The translations under genes and the position numbers were made by a program. DNA of 64,000 nt from Felis catus (lineage: Eukaryota), in assembly GCF_018350175.1 (NCBI RefSeq), contig NC_058373.1, positions 116,066,001-116,130,000 on the forward strand, in the 5' to 3' direction. Under the pieces are notes generated by a model. The model saw only the letters and a list, made by a program, of their open reading frames with translations. It ran no database searches and was not told where the DNA came from. The first letter of the stretch is position 1. Each line of letters begins with the position of its first letter. Of this stretch, positions 10,188-23,502 are shown in pieces.

Positions 10188-10412
10188 CATGTCCTGGGCT
10201 TGAGGGACAGGCCCCAGTTTCCCAAGAAGCAACTTGTTCACCTAGGAAATGTTCTCTTTCTCCCCAAAGAAGGCAGGGCAGCAGGACCAACATATGAGGA
10301 GAAGGAAAATTCACTGTCTAAGCGAATCTTATATATACAGATTTACAATAGTTGTTTAAGACATGAGACTTGTTGCGTATTCTAGGAAATCTAACTTAAA
10401 ATTCTTTTTCTT

Positions 10413-10522
10413 GGGGTGCCCGGGTGGCTCAGTCGATGAAGTGTCCCACTCTTGATTTCAGCTCAAAATAAATAAAAACAATTCTCTCAAAATTCTCTCT
10501 CAAAATAAATAAAAACAATTCT
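10413..10522 (+). mobile_element. Internally deleted CAN-SINE with duplicated tail
   Basis: SINE head joined directly to ctcaaaataaataaaaacaattct, which occurs twice. Confidence 0.85.
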
Positions 10523-11589
10523 GCTTCTTACAATCTATTAGTACATGCCCCCTTTTCTTAGGGACCAAAGCAGGGAGACTGATGTTTCTCATTGAGTGCA
10601 GGCGGGGCAGAGTAATTAGGACTCATCCTTGGTGGGAACCTAGGAAAGTGAGGACAATGGGGCTAATGGTCCAGACTGTGACGTCTTCCAGAGGCAGTTA
10701 TGGCAGAGCATGAAGAACGTAAAACTCGCAGCTCTGGATTTCTAAGTTCCAGTGTCCTCATGTATCGAGAAGCGTGAACAGCTGAGTGTTCACACCTAGG
10801 TCTCCCCACGAGATGCAGCGTCCCGGAAGGTGGGAGCTACTGTTTTCCTATGAGCCTTCCCCAGCACACGGCAGCAGCGTGGCACCGCACGCAACACGTT
10901 CGAGAGGGACTCAAAGACTCCCTGTTGCCTGGCCGGAAAAAATGTGCAACAGGGACACCAGTAAACGTGTCCCACAAACAAAGTCACGGAATTTCACTGA
11001 ATGGATTCCCTTGTCTGTACTGAAGCCACCGGTGCTTACATTCATCGGCTATTGTTCCTATTCCGCCCTTTTCCCTTGGTTCCTTACACTTCTATAGGTT
11101 TGCTTCCCAGACCTGATAAACTTAGACTACAACGAAGTTTTTTTCATCTACATAAACACACACTCACCTCCCTCCACGGGTACACTCCACCCCACAAAGA
11201 TTCTACTTCACCGATTCCTTTTACTTTGCATTTCCCCAAGCCTGGACGTACTCCAGATGTGCCTTTATTCACCCAATGTGCTTCTGAAAGGTTGTGCATA
11301 AATCAAATTCTTACACATTAATCCTGATCTCCACTGCTCGCACACAACTAATTATTTAAAGAAAGCCAGAGATAAGTTATTCTGCAGAGCACGGCGTTCT
11401 CTCGTCTCTGGCATACGCATGCCCCGGAATCTGGCCCTGCAGCTCTGGGCCTCCTCACCGGGCTTGCCTCATGTGAGACGTGTCTATGTGAGCCACCATG
11501 CGACTGTCAGTCTGGACTGTGCCCGCCTGTCAGGTCCACCAGCCACCAGTTGGGTCTTCCTTCACACCCTGTGATCAGTCACCCTCAAA

Positions 11590-12120
11590 AACTCCCCCGG
11601 AGCCGGGTAGCGTTTCCGCAGGCCAGTCTTTCCGGTGAGCGGAACGGGCCACGTCCAACCTGCTCCGTTCTGAGCCCCAGAGCCCCGTCCCCGGCCGCCC
11701 CCCCGGGTCCCCTGCAGCAGGCTGCCCTGCTCCCTACCCACCCCCCCCCCCCAGCCGCCCCCAGCCCCGCCGCTGACCGGAAGGAAGGCTGATGCGGTTC
11801 CCATCCTTGAGCTTCAGCCGGCTCTTCCTGAACTTGCCCTTGCGTTTCTTCACCCGGGGCTTCTCCTGGCACAGCTGGTGGATGATGATGTTGAGCTCCC
11901 GCTCTAGGATGTCGATCTCCCGCTCGGCCAGCTCCTGCTCGCGGCGCCGCAGCAGCTCCTCCTGCGTCTTCTGCTGGAGCGCGGCCCGCGTCAGCTCCTC
12001 CTCCCAGGTGCGGAGCTCCTGCAGCGGCAGACGCAGCGGGGAGAAGACGGGGCGTTCAGTGCAGGGGTGGCGGCCGAGGGCCCCCGAGGGCCAGTGCTTC
12101 CCGGAAACCTGGACAGCGCT
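11590..12120. promoter_or_regulatory. GC/CpG-rich intragenic segment over exon 6 and its downstream G-run tract
   Basis: Visibly high CpG density (gcggcgccgc, gcgcggcccgcg, ccggccgcc) compared with the flanks; not computed. Confidence 0.55.
11778..12018 (-). CDS. MAP3K9: MAP3K9 coding exon (about exon 6, 241 nt): leucine zippers, basic region and start of CRIB
   Basis: Read manually: [80 protein letters not shown]. Acceptor ccgctgcag|GAG, donor G|gtcagc. Confidence 0.96.
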
Positions 12121-12385
12121 CCTGTGATGCCCATACCCCCGGTCCCAGGAGGAGATGCAGGCCTCACAGGTAGCTGGTAAACGGACACCTGACCACGCTG
12201 GCCGCTGGGGACAGGAAGGCTGGGCACGGCCACACTGAGGACACGGCTACCGCAGCCCTGGAGACAGGGGCTGGTAGTTCCCGGGTGCTCCCTGATTACT
12301 GATAAAAATTGCCTGTGATTGGAAAAAAATGGGGGGGGGGCGGTTGGGTAGAAAATATAATCCTGCCCTTAAATTTTACAGACTT

Positions 12386-12594
12386 GGGGAGCGCCTGGGT
12401 GGCTCCGTCGGTTAAGCGTCCGACTTCGGCTCAGGTCATGATCTCACAGTCGGTGAGTTCGAGCGCCGCGTCAGGCTCTGTGCTGACAGCTTGGAGCCTG
12501 CTTCAGATTCTGTGTCTCCCTCTCTCTCTGCCCCTCCCTCCCCTGCTCATGCTCTCTCTCTGTCTCAAAAATAAATAAAAACATTAAAAAAAAA
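12386..12594 (+). mobile_element. CAN-SINE
   Basis: Full head, CT tract and A tail; degenerate target-site duplication (TSD) acagacttgg on both sides. Confidence 0.93.
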
Positions 12595-13276
12595 TTCACA
12601 GACTTGGTTCTATTTTAATTTTTTCCCCCATTATATAAGGGACGTTTCTTAAACCGGAGCCAACTAAATGTGATCTAGCTTAAAATGTGGCCCCCTCCCC
12701 CCAGAAATGAATCACCCTCCAGGCATCACCTAACACTCAAATAAAAATATATTTCCAGAGTGATTGTTCAAAAAAGGGAGTCTTCTAAACCTCTGTTCAG
12801 TTGGTGAGTGACTCTACTGAGGGATGCGGTTTGAACTCTCCTCTTATCTCAAAGGACAACCATTTGCTGTGGAAGGACCACGACAGCACAGCAAAGAGAA
12901 GAGAAAACATTTCCCAAAGTCTTTGCCAGGCGCTTGCTCTAGTAGATGGGCAAGCCCTCTTGCCTGCTTCCCCTTTTTCCTTCTGCATGAATTTATGAAG
13001 TTCCTGAGATGGGGGGTGGGGGGAAAGGGGAGGTGGTATTAGGTATTAGGAGAGGAAACAGGAATGAGAACAGAACATGTACATACAATTGTCAAATCTG
13101 GCATCTAAACTGTTAGCACTGGTTACCCAGGGCGTAAGACTGACGTGAGGGGGCATGATGTAGTCAAACCTAAAAAAAAAAAATGGGCATTTCTTCAATA
13201 AAGTAGTCAGAGCAACACTTCTGTGGTCGAAAGCTACAATTTCTCCATGGAATGCTCCACTATAAGAAGTCATTCT

Positions 13277-13495
13277 GGGGGCGCCTGGGTGGCGCAGTCG
13301 GTTAAGCGTCCGACTTCAGCCAGGTCACGATCTCGCGGTCCGTGAGTTCGAGCCCTGCGTCAGGCTCTGGGCTGATGGCTCGGAGCCTGGAGCCTGTTTC
13401 CGATTCTGTGTCTCCCTCTCTCTCTGCCCCTCCCCCGTTCATGCTCTGTCTCTCTCTGTCCCAAAAATAAATAAACGTTCAAAAAAAAGAAAATT
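13277..13495 (+). mobile_element. Young felid CAN-SINE
   Basis: Diagnostic ggcgcagtcgg...cttcagccaggtcacgatctcgcggtcc...gggctgatggctc; CpGs largely intact. Confidence 0.95.
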
Positions 13496-14072
13496 AAATG
13501 AAATAAGCAACTGTTGTATGCTCCCCCCAAAACCTTGGCTCTCCTTATCCCGGTACTTTGTTTTCACCATTAGGAGAACACACACACACACAGAAGGTTG
13601 AGAAAAGTCATTCCTGGTTGGTTGATTTTGCTGCTAGATGGGAAAGTTAAAAAGTTCAAGCTGATTTCAGCTTTCCTAAGTCATCTTCTCCTGTGCGCTC
13701 TTGTCTAGGGGATGGTTTGTGTTGTAGCCCCCTCTTTTGTGGGAAGTCAGATCCCAGTCCAGAGACAATTCCATTGTCACTATATGTGGAAGCTGTCAAG
13801 TTGAGACACGCTGAGAATGAGCTGAATCATATGGGAAACCAGGACATTTGTGGAGTACTTGCCAATGGCACCATATATCTGGAAGACTCAAACATGTGAG
13901 TCTCCTGCTTGTGAAACGCCTATTTGGGGATCAGTCTTCTAGTATGCAAATCACATTATCTGCATACAATGATTTAGTAGGAATCTCTCCAGAGAGAAAG
14001 CTCATTATCCATCTCGCCCTCACTTGCCCAACTACAAGCCTTATAATGGACAGGCATCATAGCAAGGGCTCT

Positions 14073-14292
14073 GGGGCACCTGAGTGGCTCAGTCGGTTAA
14101 GCATCTGACTCTTGACTTGGGCTCCGGTCATGTTCTCACGGTTCTTAAGTTGGAGCCCTGTGTCGGGCTCTGCACTGACAGTGCGGAGCCTACTTGGGAT
14201 TCTCTCTCCCCCTCTCTCTCTCTGCCCCTTCCCCACTTGTGGACATGCTCTCTTTCTCTCTCAAAATAAACTTAAAAAAGAAAAAGAAAAAA
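14073..14292 (+). mobile_element. CAN-SINE
   Basis: Full structure; TSD agcaagg(g/a)ctctgg. Confidence 0.92.
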
Positions 14293-14924
14293 GAGCAAGG
14301 ACTCTGGAACAAACTGGCTGAATAGTGGCCTGGAGTGAATTACCATGGGCATCATATGCAATATGGAGTTAACAGCACTGACAGCACATGGTACGTAAGA
14401 CAATTATTATCTTATTGTGTAAGATTACATAAGAATTCATATTAATTACTTAGAGCATGGCACAGGGAACATGCTTTACGAATGTTAGCTGTTATGAGAA
14501 TGGGTTTGGCTTATCCTAGTAACTATTTACTGACAAAATCCAAGTTTCATTCTTCTTAGTGGCTAGTACCCTTATAATTTCATCAATCAAAAGAAAGAAA
14601 ACCAAGAGTCAAATGATTCAACAGTCTAAAAAGAACCAGCAACTCTAGGTTTCTTCTAGTTGGAATAGCATTAGTAACAGGAACAAACTCGATTAATTAC
14701 TCTGCTCCAAGGTCAGCGTCGGATTCCCCCCACCCCCCAGTCACAAAAGATGTCATAGACTCACTCCATTCCCCTGCAGAATGCTCACTGACTTGCCAAA
14801 TAGTACCAGGTTTAGGACTGCTATATGGCATTAAAAAAAAAAAAAAAAAGAGTTTAATTTCTTCACATCAGCTCCAGAAATGATTTTTAAGTCATTTGTT
14901 TAGGGAAACAACAATGATATTGGA

Positions 14925-15055
14925 GAGAAAAAGGTTTTGGAATCAGAAGATCCAGGTTCAAGATTCTGCCTCTCACTATACTAGCTGTGTGACTTTAGAC
15001 AAGTCACTGACCCTCAGCCTTGAGATGAAAAAGATAATACCTGCCCTACATGCTG
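14925..15055 (+). mobile_element. MIR remnant
   Basis: ttggaatcagaagatccaggttcaagattctgcctctcacta...tgtgactttagacaagtcactgacc. Confidence 0.65.
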
Positions 15056-15747
15056 GGGGCAAGGGCCATAACCCCCCCCCCCCCCCAGATAAAAATGATA
15101 CAAGGTTCTTTTATCATCAGACATTTCAAGTGAAAGAACTTGAAAGACATACACAATTTTAGCTACTGTTATTATATTAAATTGCTTCCCAAATGCCCAT
15201 AATGGGGAATGAGAAGGGAAAGCAGAAATTAACCAAGAGACACATGGACGCCGCTTATGCCCGCAGCTATAGCCCTTAGGTCCAGCCTGGCCCCTGTAGT
15301 AGAAGCAACATAGGTGCTGGTGTTAAGCTTCACCTCTGTGGATACTGGCTGCTAACCAGGCATGAAGGGCAAAGAGAGGAGCCACATAGGGAATGGACAC
15401 CAAAACAAAAAGGTAGATCTTTGGGCTTGAGCCCTTTTCATAAAAACACGCAGAATACCAAATAGTTTCAGAACCATAGTATTTTTAGCCCATCGCTATT
15501 TCTGATTCTGATACTTGTGCTCAGTGTTGAAGTATCCCTGTAACAAGTTAACCCCCCACCCCCAGAAGTCCACTACAGCACCAAGAAACATTTCTAGAAC
15601 TTTCTCATACTTTCTGCTGGTACTTACCCAGTGGTGCTCTTCCTCTGGTTTGGACAATGAAATAGATACTCTGTAAGAAGAGGTTTGGATCATGACTCCC
15701 CTACTTGTTCCTGCCATATCCCGGAAAGAAAGAAAACATCTATACTA

Positions 15748-16152
<405 letters not shown>

Positions 16153-16966
16153 TTAGAATATTACGGGACCTCACTTACCAGAAATAGTTTTCCCTCCAGA
16201 AACTGAAACACTGGGTAGGTAACCACAAATAGGGCTGGGGAAATAAAACAAGCTGCCCACCCTCAATATTATAAAGACTGAATGGGGAAATATAATGCAG
16301 CAGCCCCCATCTGACTCTGTTGAGTTAGCATAAGAAAAGCAAGTCCAGAGACTCTGCCTGCGTGAAGTTCAACAGCCATGACTTCTCATGTTCCTACACG
16401 ATTCCAGTCTTGACAGTGGGTAACGAGACCTGGGGCCTCAATCTCCCACAAATAAATGAGCCAGCCTTGCCCACCTCTATGGGATGATGATAAGGCAAGG
16501 ATAAAAGGCACCAGGCTGGACAGCAGGAAAAGTGAACTCTACCTACTCTCAGCTCAGACACTAGCTAATGGAGTGCACGTCGCCTCTCTCAGCTTTGGGT
16601 TTCTCACTTAGGGTCTGACCAGATGACTTCTAGAGTTCCTTTCTTCTCTGATGTTCTTTGCTTCTATATGTGTAATACGCTCATTTTTTATTAAGTAATA
16701 AAATGCTCAAGCCCTGGATAGCAGGCTTTAGTTACTGAGCCAAGCTCTACAGTCACTGTAGATGGACAGAAGGGACATCTGTGACATCAGCAAGGCAGGG
16801 TGTTGACATATCTTCAAGCAGGTCTTCCAACCACCCACAGGATTCCTCTGTGAGTGACCAATGCTTCACCTCCTCTTTCAGTAACCAACGCAGCAGGATT
16901 GTCCGCAACGTACCCAAGGGCTGCCGAAAGGTAAACTTTCTCCAGTTTTGTTCCAGCCAGGGGTCA

Positions 16967-17170
<204 letters not shown>

Positions 17171-18040
17171 TCATGAGACCTTTCTGAGCTGCCCACACTC
17201 TTTCTGGGACGGAGGGACACCAACAAAGCAGATGCACCAATGGAATACAGACCGGGAGACCACGAGGCCATCCCACTAAAAGCAAAAGCTTTGGAGTCAG
17301 GCACACTTGATTTCGAAGGCTTGTTCCTCAGATTCCTCATCTGTAAAGTGCAAACAACACGGCCAGTCTCACAAGGCTGCCGTGAGATTCACTGAGCCAC
17401 TCTAAGGGTTTAAATCCGTGCCGGCCAGCCACAGCTATTCTGCTGTTATCCATAACATAACACTCTGGAAGAAGAGGCAGCCTCCCAAGAATACATTTTT
17501 TGTCTGTTTTAAGAAAAGTTCAGCGTTAGCCACAGATATATTTCTTTGGCTTTAGAAAAGCAGAGACCTGACCACCTAGAACAGATTTTGCTCCTGTAAC
17601 AGATTTCTTTAAATGCCCATTAGGTTGGATAGATTCCTGCCGCTGATCACTTAACAGAGACTCTGTCTAATTCAAAGAGGAAAGTTGCACAAGCGTGGCC
17701 AACATGGGGACAACAGAGCAGTGTGTCAGCTGTGAGGACTTCAGTTTCCTCTCCACCTTTCAAAGCCACATGAAGAATTTCTTTTCACATGTCCTGTGAG
17801 TCAGAGAATGGGGAGCACAGAATTTAGCGGAATAATTATTCTATGAATTCACAGTCAGAAAGAGGCAAAATCATGTAGGGTTCAATCCTTCCAGGAATAA
17901 CAATCCTTTCAGGACAAGCACCATAAGGCCACGAACAGTAAAGAGTGGCTCTCCTCATATTTTTAACACAAGCCTCAAATTTTTAAAAATACTCATCGGT
18001 AGTTTATAACCAACAAAGTCATGTTATTTTCAAACAAAAC

Positions 18041-18116
18041 ATAGCTCAGGTGGGAAAGTGTGCGACTCTTGATCTCGGAGTCGTGAGTTCGAGCCCCACT
18101 CTGGGCACAGAGATTA
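18041..18116 (+). mobile_element. Short tRNA-like CAN-SINE (old subfamily)
   Basis: tagctcagg...gcgactcttgatctcggagtcgtgagttcgagccccac...agagatta. Confidence 0.75.
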
Positions 18117-18139
18117 ACTGGAAAACAGCCTAATATTTC

Positions 18140-18310
18140 ATCATGGTACTTTGTATGCACAAGATGCTAAGACCTTTATAAACATCATCTTAAATCCTTA
18201 CCACGAACCTGCAAGATAAATATTATCACCATTTTGCAGATGAGGAAAGCGAGGTTCAGGTAAGTTTAGCAGCATATATTAAGGGCATACGTGGAATAAG
18301 TCATGGTGGG
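18140..18310 (-). mobile_element. MIR remnant
   Basis: ttaaatccttaccacgaacctgcaag...ccattttgcagatgaggaaagcgaggttcag. Confidence 0.7.
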
Positions 18311-20937
18311 CCCTGGACCAACTCTCAATTTCTTCTCTCTAGAATCTCCTTGTACCATTTCTCTGCTTGTTGAACTATAATCGTCTTTCAAATTCAAATG
18401 CTCCACCCTTTATTCATTCGTTCTAAACATCTACTAAAGATTTATTGTGCATCAAGCTCACTGCAGGCCACTGGGATACAAGACACAGATCTTATCTACA
18501 AAGAGACTACCGACAGGAACAGAAAAGATGTCAATTAGCACACAGAGTGGGTCACAACAGACATATTATGAGTGCACAAAGAGACAATGATGGGCCCCTG
18601 GCCACCTAAACCAGACCAGAATGGGGCCAGGAGACAGCTAAGCCCGGACTGCTAGGCAAAAAAAGACAGGAATCGGCATATACAAAGCCAAGGCTTGCCC
18701 TCAAAGAATCCCAGGTGACCTGGCATGGCTCCAAAGGAGAGCAATGTGCCAACCAATGCACCAGGGCATCCCAGAAGATCCCCGCAGACGGTCCTCCAGA
18801 GTGGCCTGGCCAGTCTCCTTGGACAACGGCGTTCCCCCAGTGCGCCCTCCAAATACCATCACTTTCTTTATGTATCTCAACAACCACAAAAAGCCTGGTA
18901 GACAGTTACAGGTCTTGTCTTGACAGGGACTTGGCTTTTAGTCTGAGGCTGATGGCAACAATGGACACTTTAGGAAGCCTTCCCTGATGCTGCCAGTGTT
19001 ACTTCACCCTTGTCTGGGCTGCCGTGGACTGTGGTTGTTTGTCTGCCAGCCAATGGGTCCTGCGAGAACAGGGATGGTCGTTTAACCTTTGCTTTCTCAG
19101 GGCCTCGTACACAGTAGGCCTCGTCTAGTGAGTGAGCTGGTGGGAAGCACTGTGTGGATAGACAGTCCCGCAGGCTGCACTGGGCGCCCTGGAGTAAGCC
19201 CTGAATTCCCAGAATAGCACTGTTATTCTTCCTGCCAAATCTTTACTGTGACTCATCCAGACAGCAGTCGTGCTGGGCAGCTGCTACCAAGTGACCTCTA
19301 AGAACTGTCCGCACTGCGGACTAGACTCCTAGGCTACGGTGACCCTCAGCTTCAGTTGTCTGCTCCTGGCATCACTGCCAACCTCCACTCTGGGGAACAA
19401 AAACCCAAGGTCCCAAAGAACCCCTCTCCTGGTGTCTGAGCCCTAACTACCTGGAAAGACAGTAGAGGATTTCAAAGATCTAAACATGGGTCCTATTTGT
19501 GTCCTCGCATCTACTCTGTGACGCTTTTAGTGCTGAGTCCTAGGTGACCCATGGAGATGCCTTGGGCCACCTCGAAGAGGGTGGAGCCAGGGACTCCGTC
19601 TCTCTCAGTTTCGACGAGGGCAGCCCTGCTCTCACCTGGCTTGTTTCTTTGTTCCACCGCATTTTGTTCCATGTGAAATGCCCCACAACTAGGAGAAACG
19701 GGTCGAATGCTGCCCAAGGAAGATTCAGACAGACTTGAGTCAAATGTGTCTGCTTCACCACTGACAGTGGTGGGGCCGTGGGAAAGGAAGCTTACCTGTC
19801 CAAACCTCAGTTTCCTCACTTGTGCAACAAAGACAGCCAATTCCCACCGCACAGAGTAACTGCAAAGAATAAATAACAGTAATACTGCTTCTCCGGAAGC
19901 TACCCTCCACAGCTAGTAAACACTGCATGCTTCCCCTTGGGAAGGTCCTGAAACAAGAAAGCCTCTGGTGGGATTTAGGGCGAGACTGCGGTGTCGGCCG
20001 AGAGCCTTGCTGAGGGACGACAGCAATCAGGGAAGAAGCATTCTGGGGATGACTGAACCAGTTAGTTCTCCTCTGCCAATGTTCCTCTTTATTTCTGTAA
20101 CAGAAGGTGGTGATGTAAATGAAGACTTGGCATTCCTTTGGCAGGAATAGAGTCCAAGAAAGGAACTAAAGAATGACACATTAGATGTGTCTGAGCCCCC
20201 GGGAGAGGTGGGCAGGAGAAGCCCACATGGTTTACCTCAGGTTTGACCCACTCTGATGCCCTCCCAAGGTTGAGAGAAGGTCAACAGGCCCTTTCAAGAC
20301 CTTGTACAAGTGGCCTGGAGGTACCAGCTCAGCTAAAACTCTGCCTCAGTCCCTCCCCCAACGGGGAGCCGCCCGTTCCCACAGTGCTGTCAGTGATTTC
20401 CCAGGCGTCCTTGCAAACCTTGGGGAATGCACCCTGTGTCAATGATTAACCACCTCCAGAGGTATGGTAATGCCTTCCACCATTTGGTGGGGTCACAGGT
20501 CAGGGAGGGGCGTTCTGTGTTCTCAAAGTGAGGAAAAGCATCAGAGTAGATAGCAACCCAACCAAAGGCACAGCAAATCCACCCCTGAGCTGGACCAGGA
20601 CTATTTTTCTTATTAACCTATGTTGTCTCTAAGACACACATCCTGATAGGAGAGGGTGTCCCTTGAATGGGCTTCTGCACTTGGTAATTGGCTGCGACCC
20701 CACATTCCAGAAACCATGCTATTTAATAATTGTTGGTGAAGATAGTTGAACTACCACATATGAAAGCACTCTGTAAATTGTGAAGTAACACAAAACTGTT
20801 CTTGTTGTTGTTGTTAACCAGACCTCATTCAAAACGATGATCTATTTGTTACTATATATGTAATATATAGATGAATACATTGACATGGTAAATATTTACT
20901 GATATGGTAATATGCGCATGCTATATTACATTATTAT

Positions 20938-21107
20938 TATTTTTTTTAAGAGAGAGAGAGACAGACAAGCAGGAGAGGGGCAAAGAGAGAGAAGGAGACA
21001 CAGAATCTGAAGCTGAGCTGTCAGCACAGAGCCTGATGCAGAACTCGAACCCACAAACTGTAAGACCATGATCCGAGCCGAAGTCAGACACCCAACAGAG
21101 GTGCCCC
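20938..21107 (-). mobile_element. CAN-SINE
   Basis: Poly-T, GA tract, body ending ggtgcccc. Confidence 0.88.
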
Positions 21108-21319
21108 TGTATTATATTCAAAAGCAGCTTACAAAACAGAATGATCTCATTTTAAGGGACGAGTAGATGAGCACAGGAACAGAAATAAATGCACCAAAAT
21201 ATTAACAGAAGTTATCTTTAGAAGTGAGTAATGGGTGATTTCTTTTTCCCTTTTTTTTCTTTTTGTTTACCCATATTTTCTAATTTTTTTTCCACGGTGA
21301 ACACATTTTACTTCTATTA

Positions 21320-21522
21320 TTTTATTTTAATGTTTATTTATTTATTTATTTTGAGAGAGAGCCAGGTAGGGGCAGAGAGAGAGGGAGACAGAGAATCCCA
21401 AGCAGGTTCCATGCTGTCAGCACAGAGCCTGACGCAGGGCTCGAAACCACACACGATGAGATCGTGACCTGAGCTGAAACCAAGCATCAGACGCTTAACC
21501 CACTGAGCCACCCAGGCGCTCC
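21320..21522 (-). mobile_element. CAN-SINE
   Basis: ttta tail to ...ctgagccacccaggcgctcc. Confidence 0.92.
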
Positions 21523-22131
21523 AAGTTCTATAACTCTGAAAACTTAAAATGCCTCCACTCCATCCCCCCCACACCAGGCAAGAAGTCATTATAGGAGACC
21601 ACTAACCACTGCACTCTGTGCACACACAACCAAAGGGAAAGGTTTTGTCAATTACTCCTCCTGAGGCGGTCTAATCCAAGCACATCAGGAAACACATGAA
21701 GTCGAGAATCTGGGCCGTGATCATCATACCCTCCATCACAGCATGTGGAAGAGACCCAGAGACCTACACTTGAAAAGCAGTAAGACAAACTCAGCTGGCC
21801 TTCGGCACACAGCAATAGAAGAGGCCCAGAGGCCCCAGACCTTGAGGAGTTCCAGGAGGGGTAGAGGACAGACACAGGCTCTGCCCAGTACCTGGCACAC
21901 AGTAAATATTCCACAAACATTTCCTGAATAAGTAAATGAGTTATAAGTCGATTTGTGAACAAACGTTGTCCAAGCTCCTGGGCATGTGTGGGCCCTCTCT
22001 GGGACATCCTGCTGAGCCCCAGGCCTAGTGGGCCAATCATCCCAGAAGAAGCTGCCCGAAATGCAGGCACAAGGGTATACAGATGGCAATATGGCTACAC
22101 CACAAAGTTTTAAGAGACACATATTTAGTTC

Positions 22132-22258
22132 CTTTTTTTTTTTTTTTTTTTAACTAGGCTTCACACCGAGTGCAGAGCCCAGCTTCACACCCAGTGCAGA
22201 GCTTGAACTCACAACCTTGAGATCAAGAGTTGGACACTTAACTGAGTCTCCCAGGCAC
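22132..22258 (-). mobile_element. Short CAN-SINE with internal tandem duplication
   Basis: Poly-T, then gcttcacacc(g/c)agtgcagagc twice, then ...taactgagtctcccaggcac. Confidence 0.8.
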
Positions 22259-22421
22259 TGCTCTGATTCTAACCACAGCTTTGTCTCTACCACCTGGATG
22301 AACTTAGACAAATGACTTAAACCATCTAAGCCTCGGTTACCTTATCTGTCAAATGGAAATAATATCCTCTACTTTTGGGGATTCTTGTGAGGAATAAAAC
22401 GAGATAAAATAGAGGTATAGT

Positions 22422-22626
22422 GGGGTGCCTGGGTGGCTCAGTAGGTTGAACGTCCAACTTTGGTTCAGGTCATGATCTCGTGGTTCGTGAATTCGAGCCC
22501 CATGTCTGGCTCCGCGCTGACAGCTCAGAGCCTGGAGCCTGCTTCGGATTCTGTGTCTCCCCTTCCCTCTGCCCCTCCCCTACTTGCACTCTGTCCTTCT
22601 CTCAAAGAAAGAATAAAACATTAAAA
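22422..22626 (+). mobile_element. CAN-SINE inserted in a MIR (MIR about 22270-22690)
   Basis: SINE head and tail; MIR core aaatgacttaaaccatctaagcctcgg...atctgtcaaatgg lies upstream. Confidence 0.9.
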
Positions 22627-23502
22627 GTTTTTTTTAATGGGGTACAGTATTTAGCATAGAGCCTAGCTCATAAGCATTTGTGTGGGTAGCAAATACTGTC
22701 ACCAGTGTATGCATATTGTACATACAGCAATGGGCACAAGTTTTCCTCGGACACAGGTTTGAGATCATTTGGAGCCACTTAGGTAAGTAGGCTCAAGGAG
22801 TAAAGGCCCATCTAAGGGGTTCCAATACATTGTTCCTTGCAGGGAATACTGCAGCGCGGAAGCTAAGACAGCTGGAGGGAGCACAGTGAATTATGTCTTC
22901 AAACCACATTCCTCGACCGAGATGAGTCAGGAAGCTGAAGTCCTGGGAACAACTCTAAACTGAAGACCTAGTGGCAGAGCAGACCACATGACCATTTCCA
23001 AGCCACCTCATCCAAAGTGCTACTGATTTGGAGTTTACCTCCAAGCCATTCCCTTCAGAGAGCAGAATAACTTCATCAGATGATTCACCAAAAGCTCCTC
23101 AAGCCTGCTTTCAGGATCTGTGGTTGAAAGGCAAGACCTGGAGGTTAGCCTTAGAACAAGGACACTTTGGGTAAAAGATGAATGGTCCTGCCCTGTTCCT
23201 TCCATGATGGACAAACTCCTACGATGGCCTTGCTCTTCCTTGCTGGCCACTTCTGTCACCATGAAAAGACCTTACGTTAGATATTGGGGCTTTCGCTTCC
23301 CACTAAGAATGTGTCTGCATACCTGCAGCAACTCTGTCCAAATCAGTATAGCGACAGAAACTTTTGGCGTCTGTGGCAATAAAATCTGTACAATTTCAGG
23401 GCCAGGCTGGAGAAGAAGCCTAGCAGGAATACAGGAAGTAGAAAACAGTAATGTTACTGAGAAGTCATGGTTTCCTATGAAGAAAGGGTAAGATCAAGTT
23501 GA

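Noticed and set aside
9502..10314. 270-aa minus-strand ORF spanning exon 7
   Set aside because: It is in a different frame from the true exon, and its internal peptide repeat is just the 54-nt-period duplication.
18041..18116. tRNA-like sequence (also 38652 and 54255)
   Set aside because: These are tRNA-derived CAN-SINE heads followed by SINE-type 3' ends, not intact cloverleaf tRNA genes.
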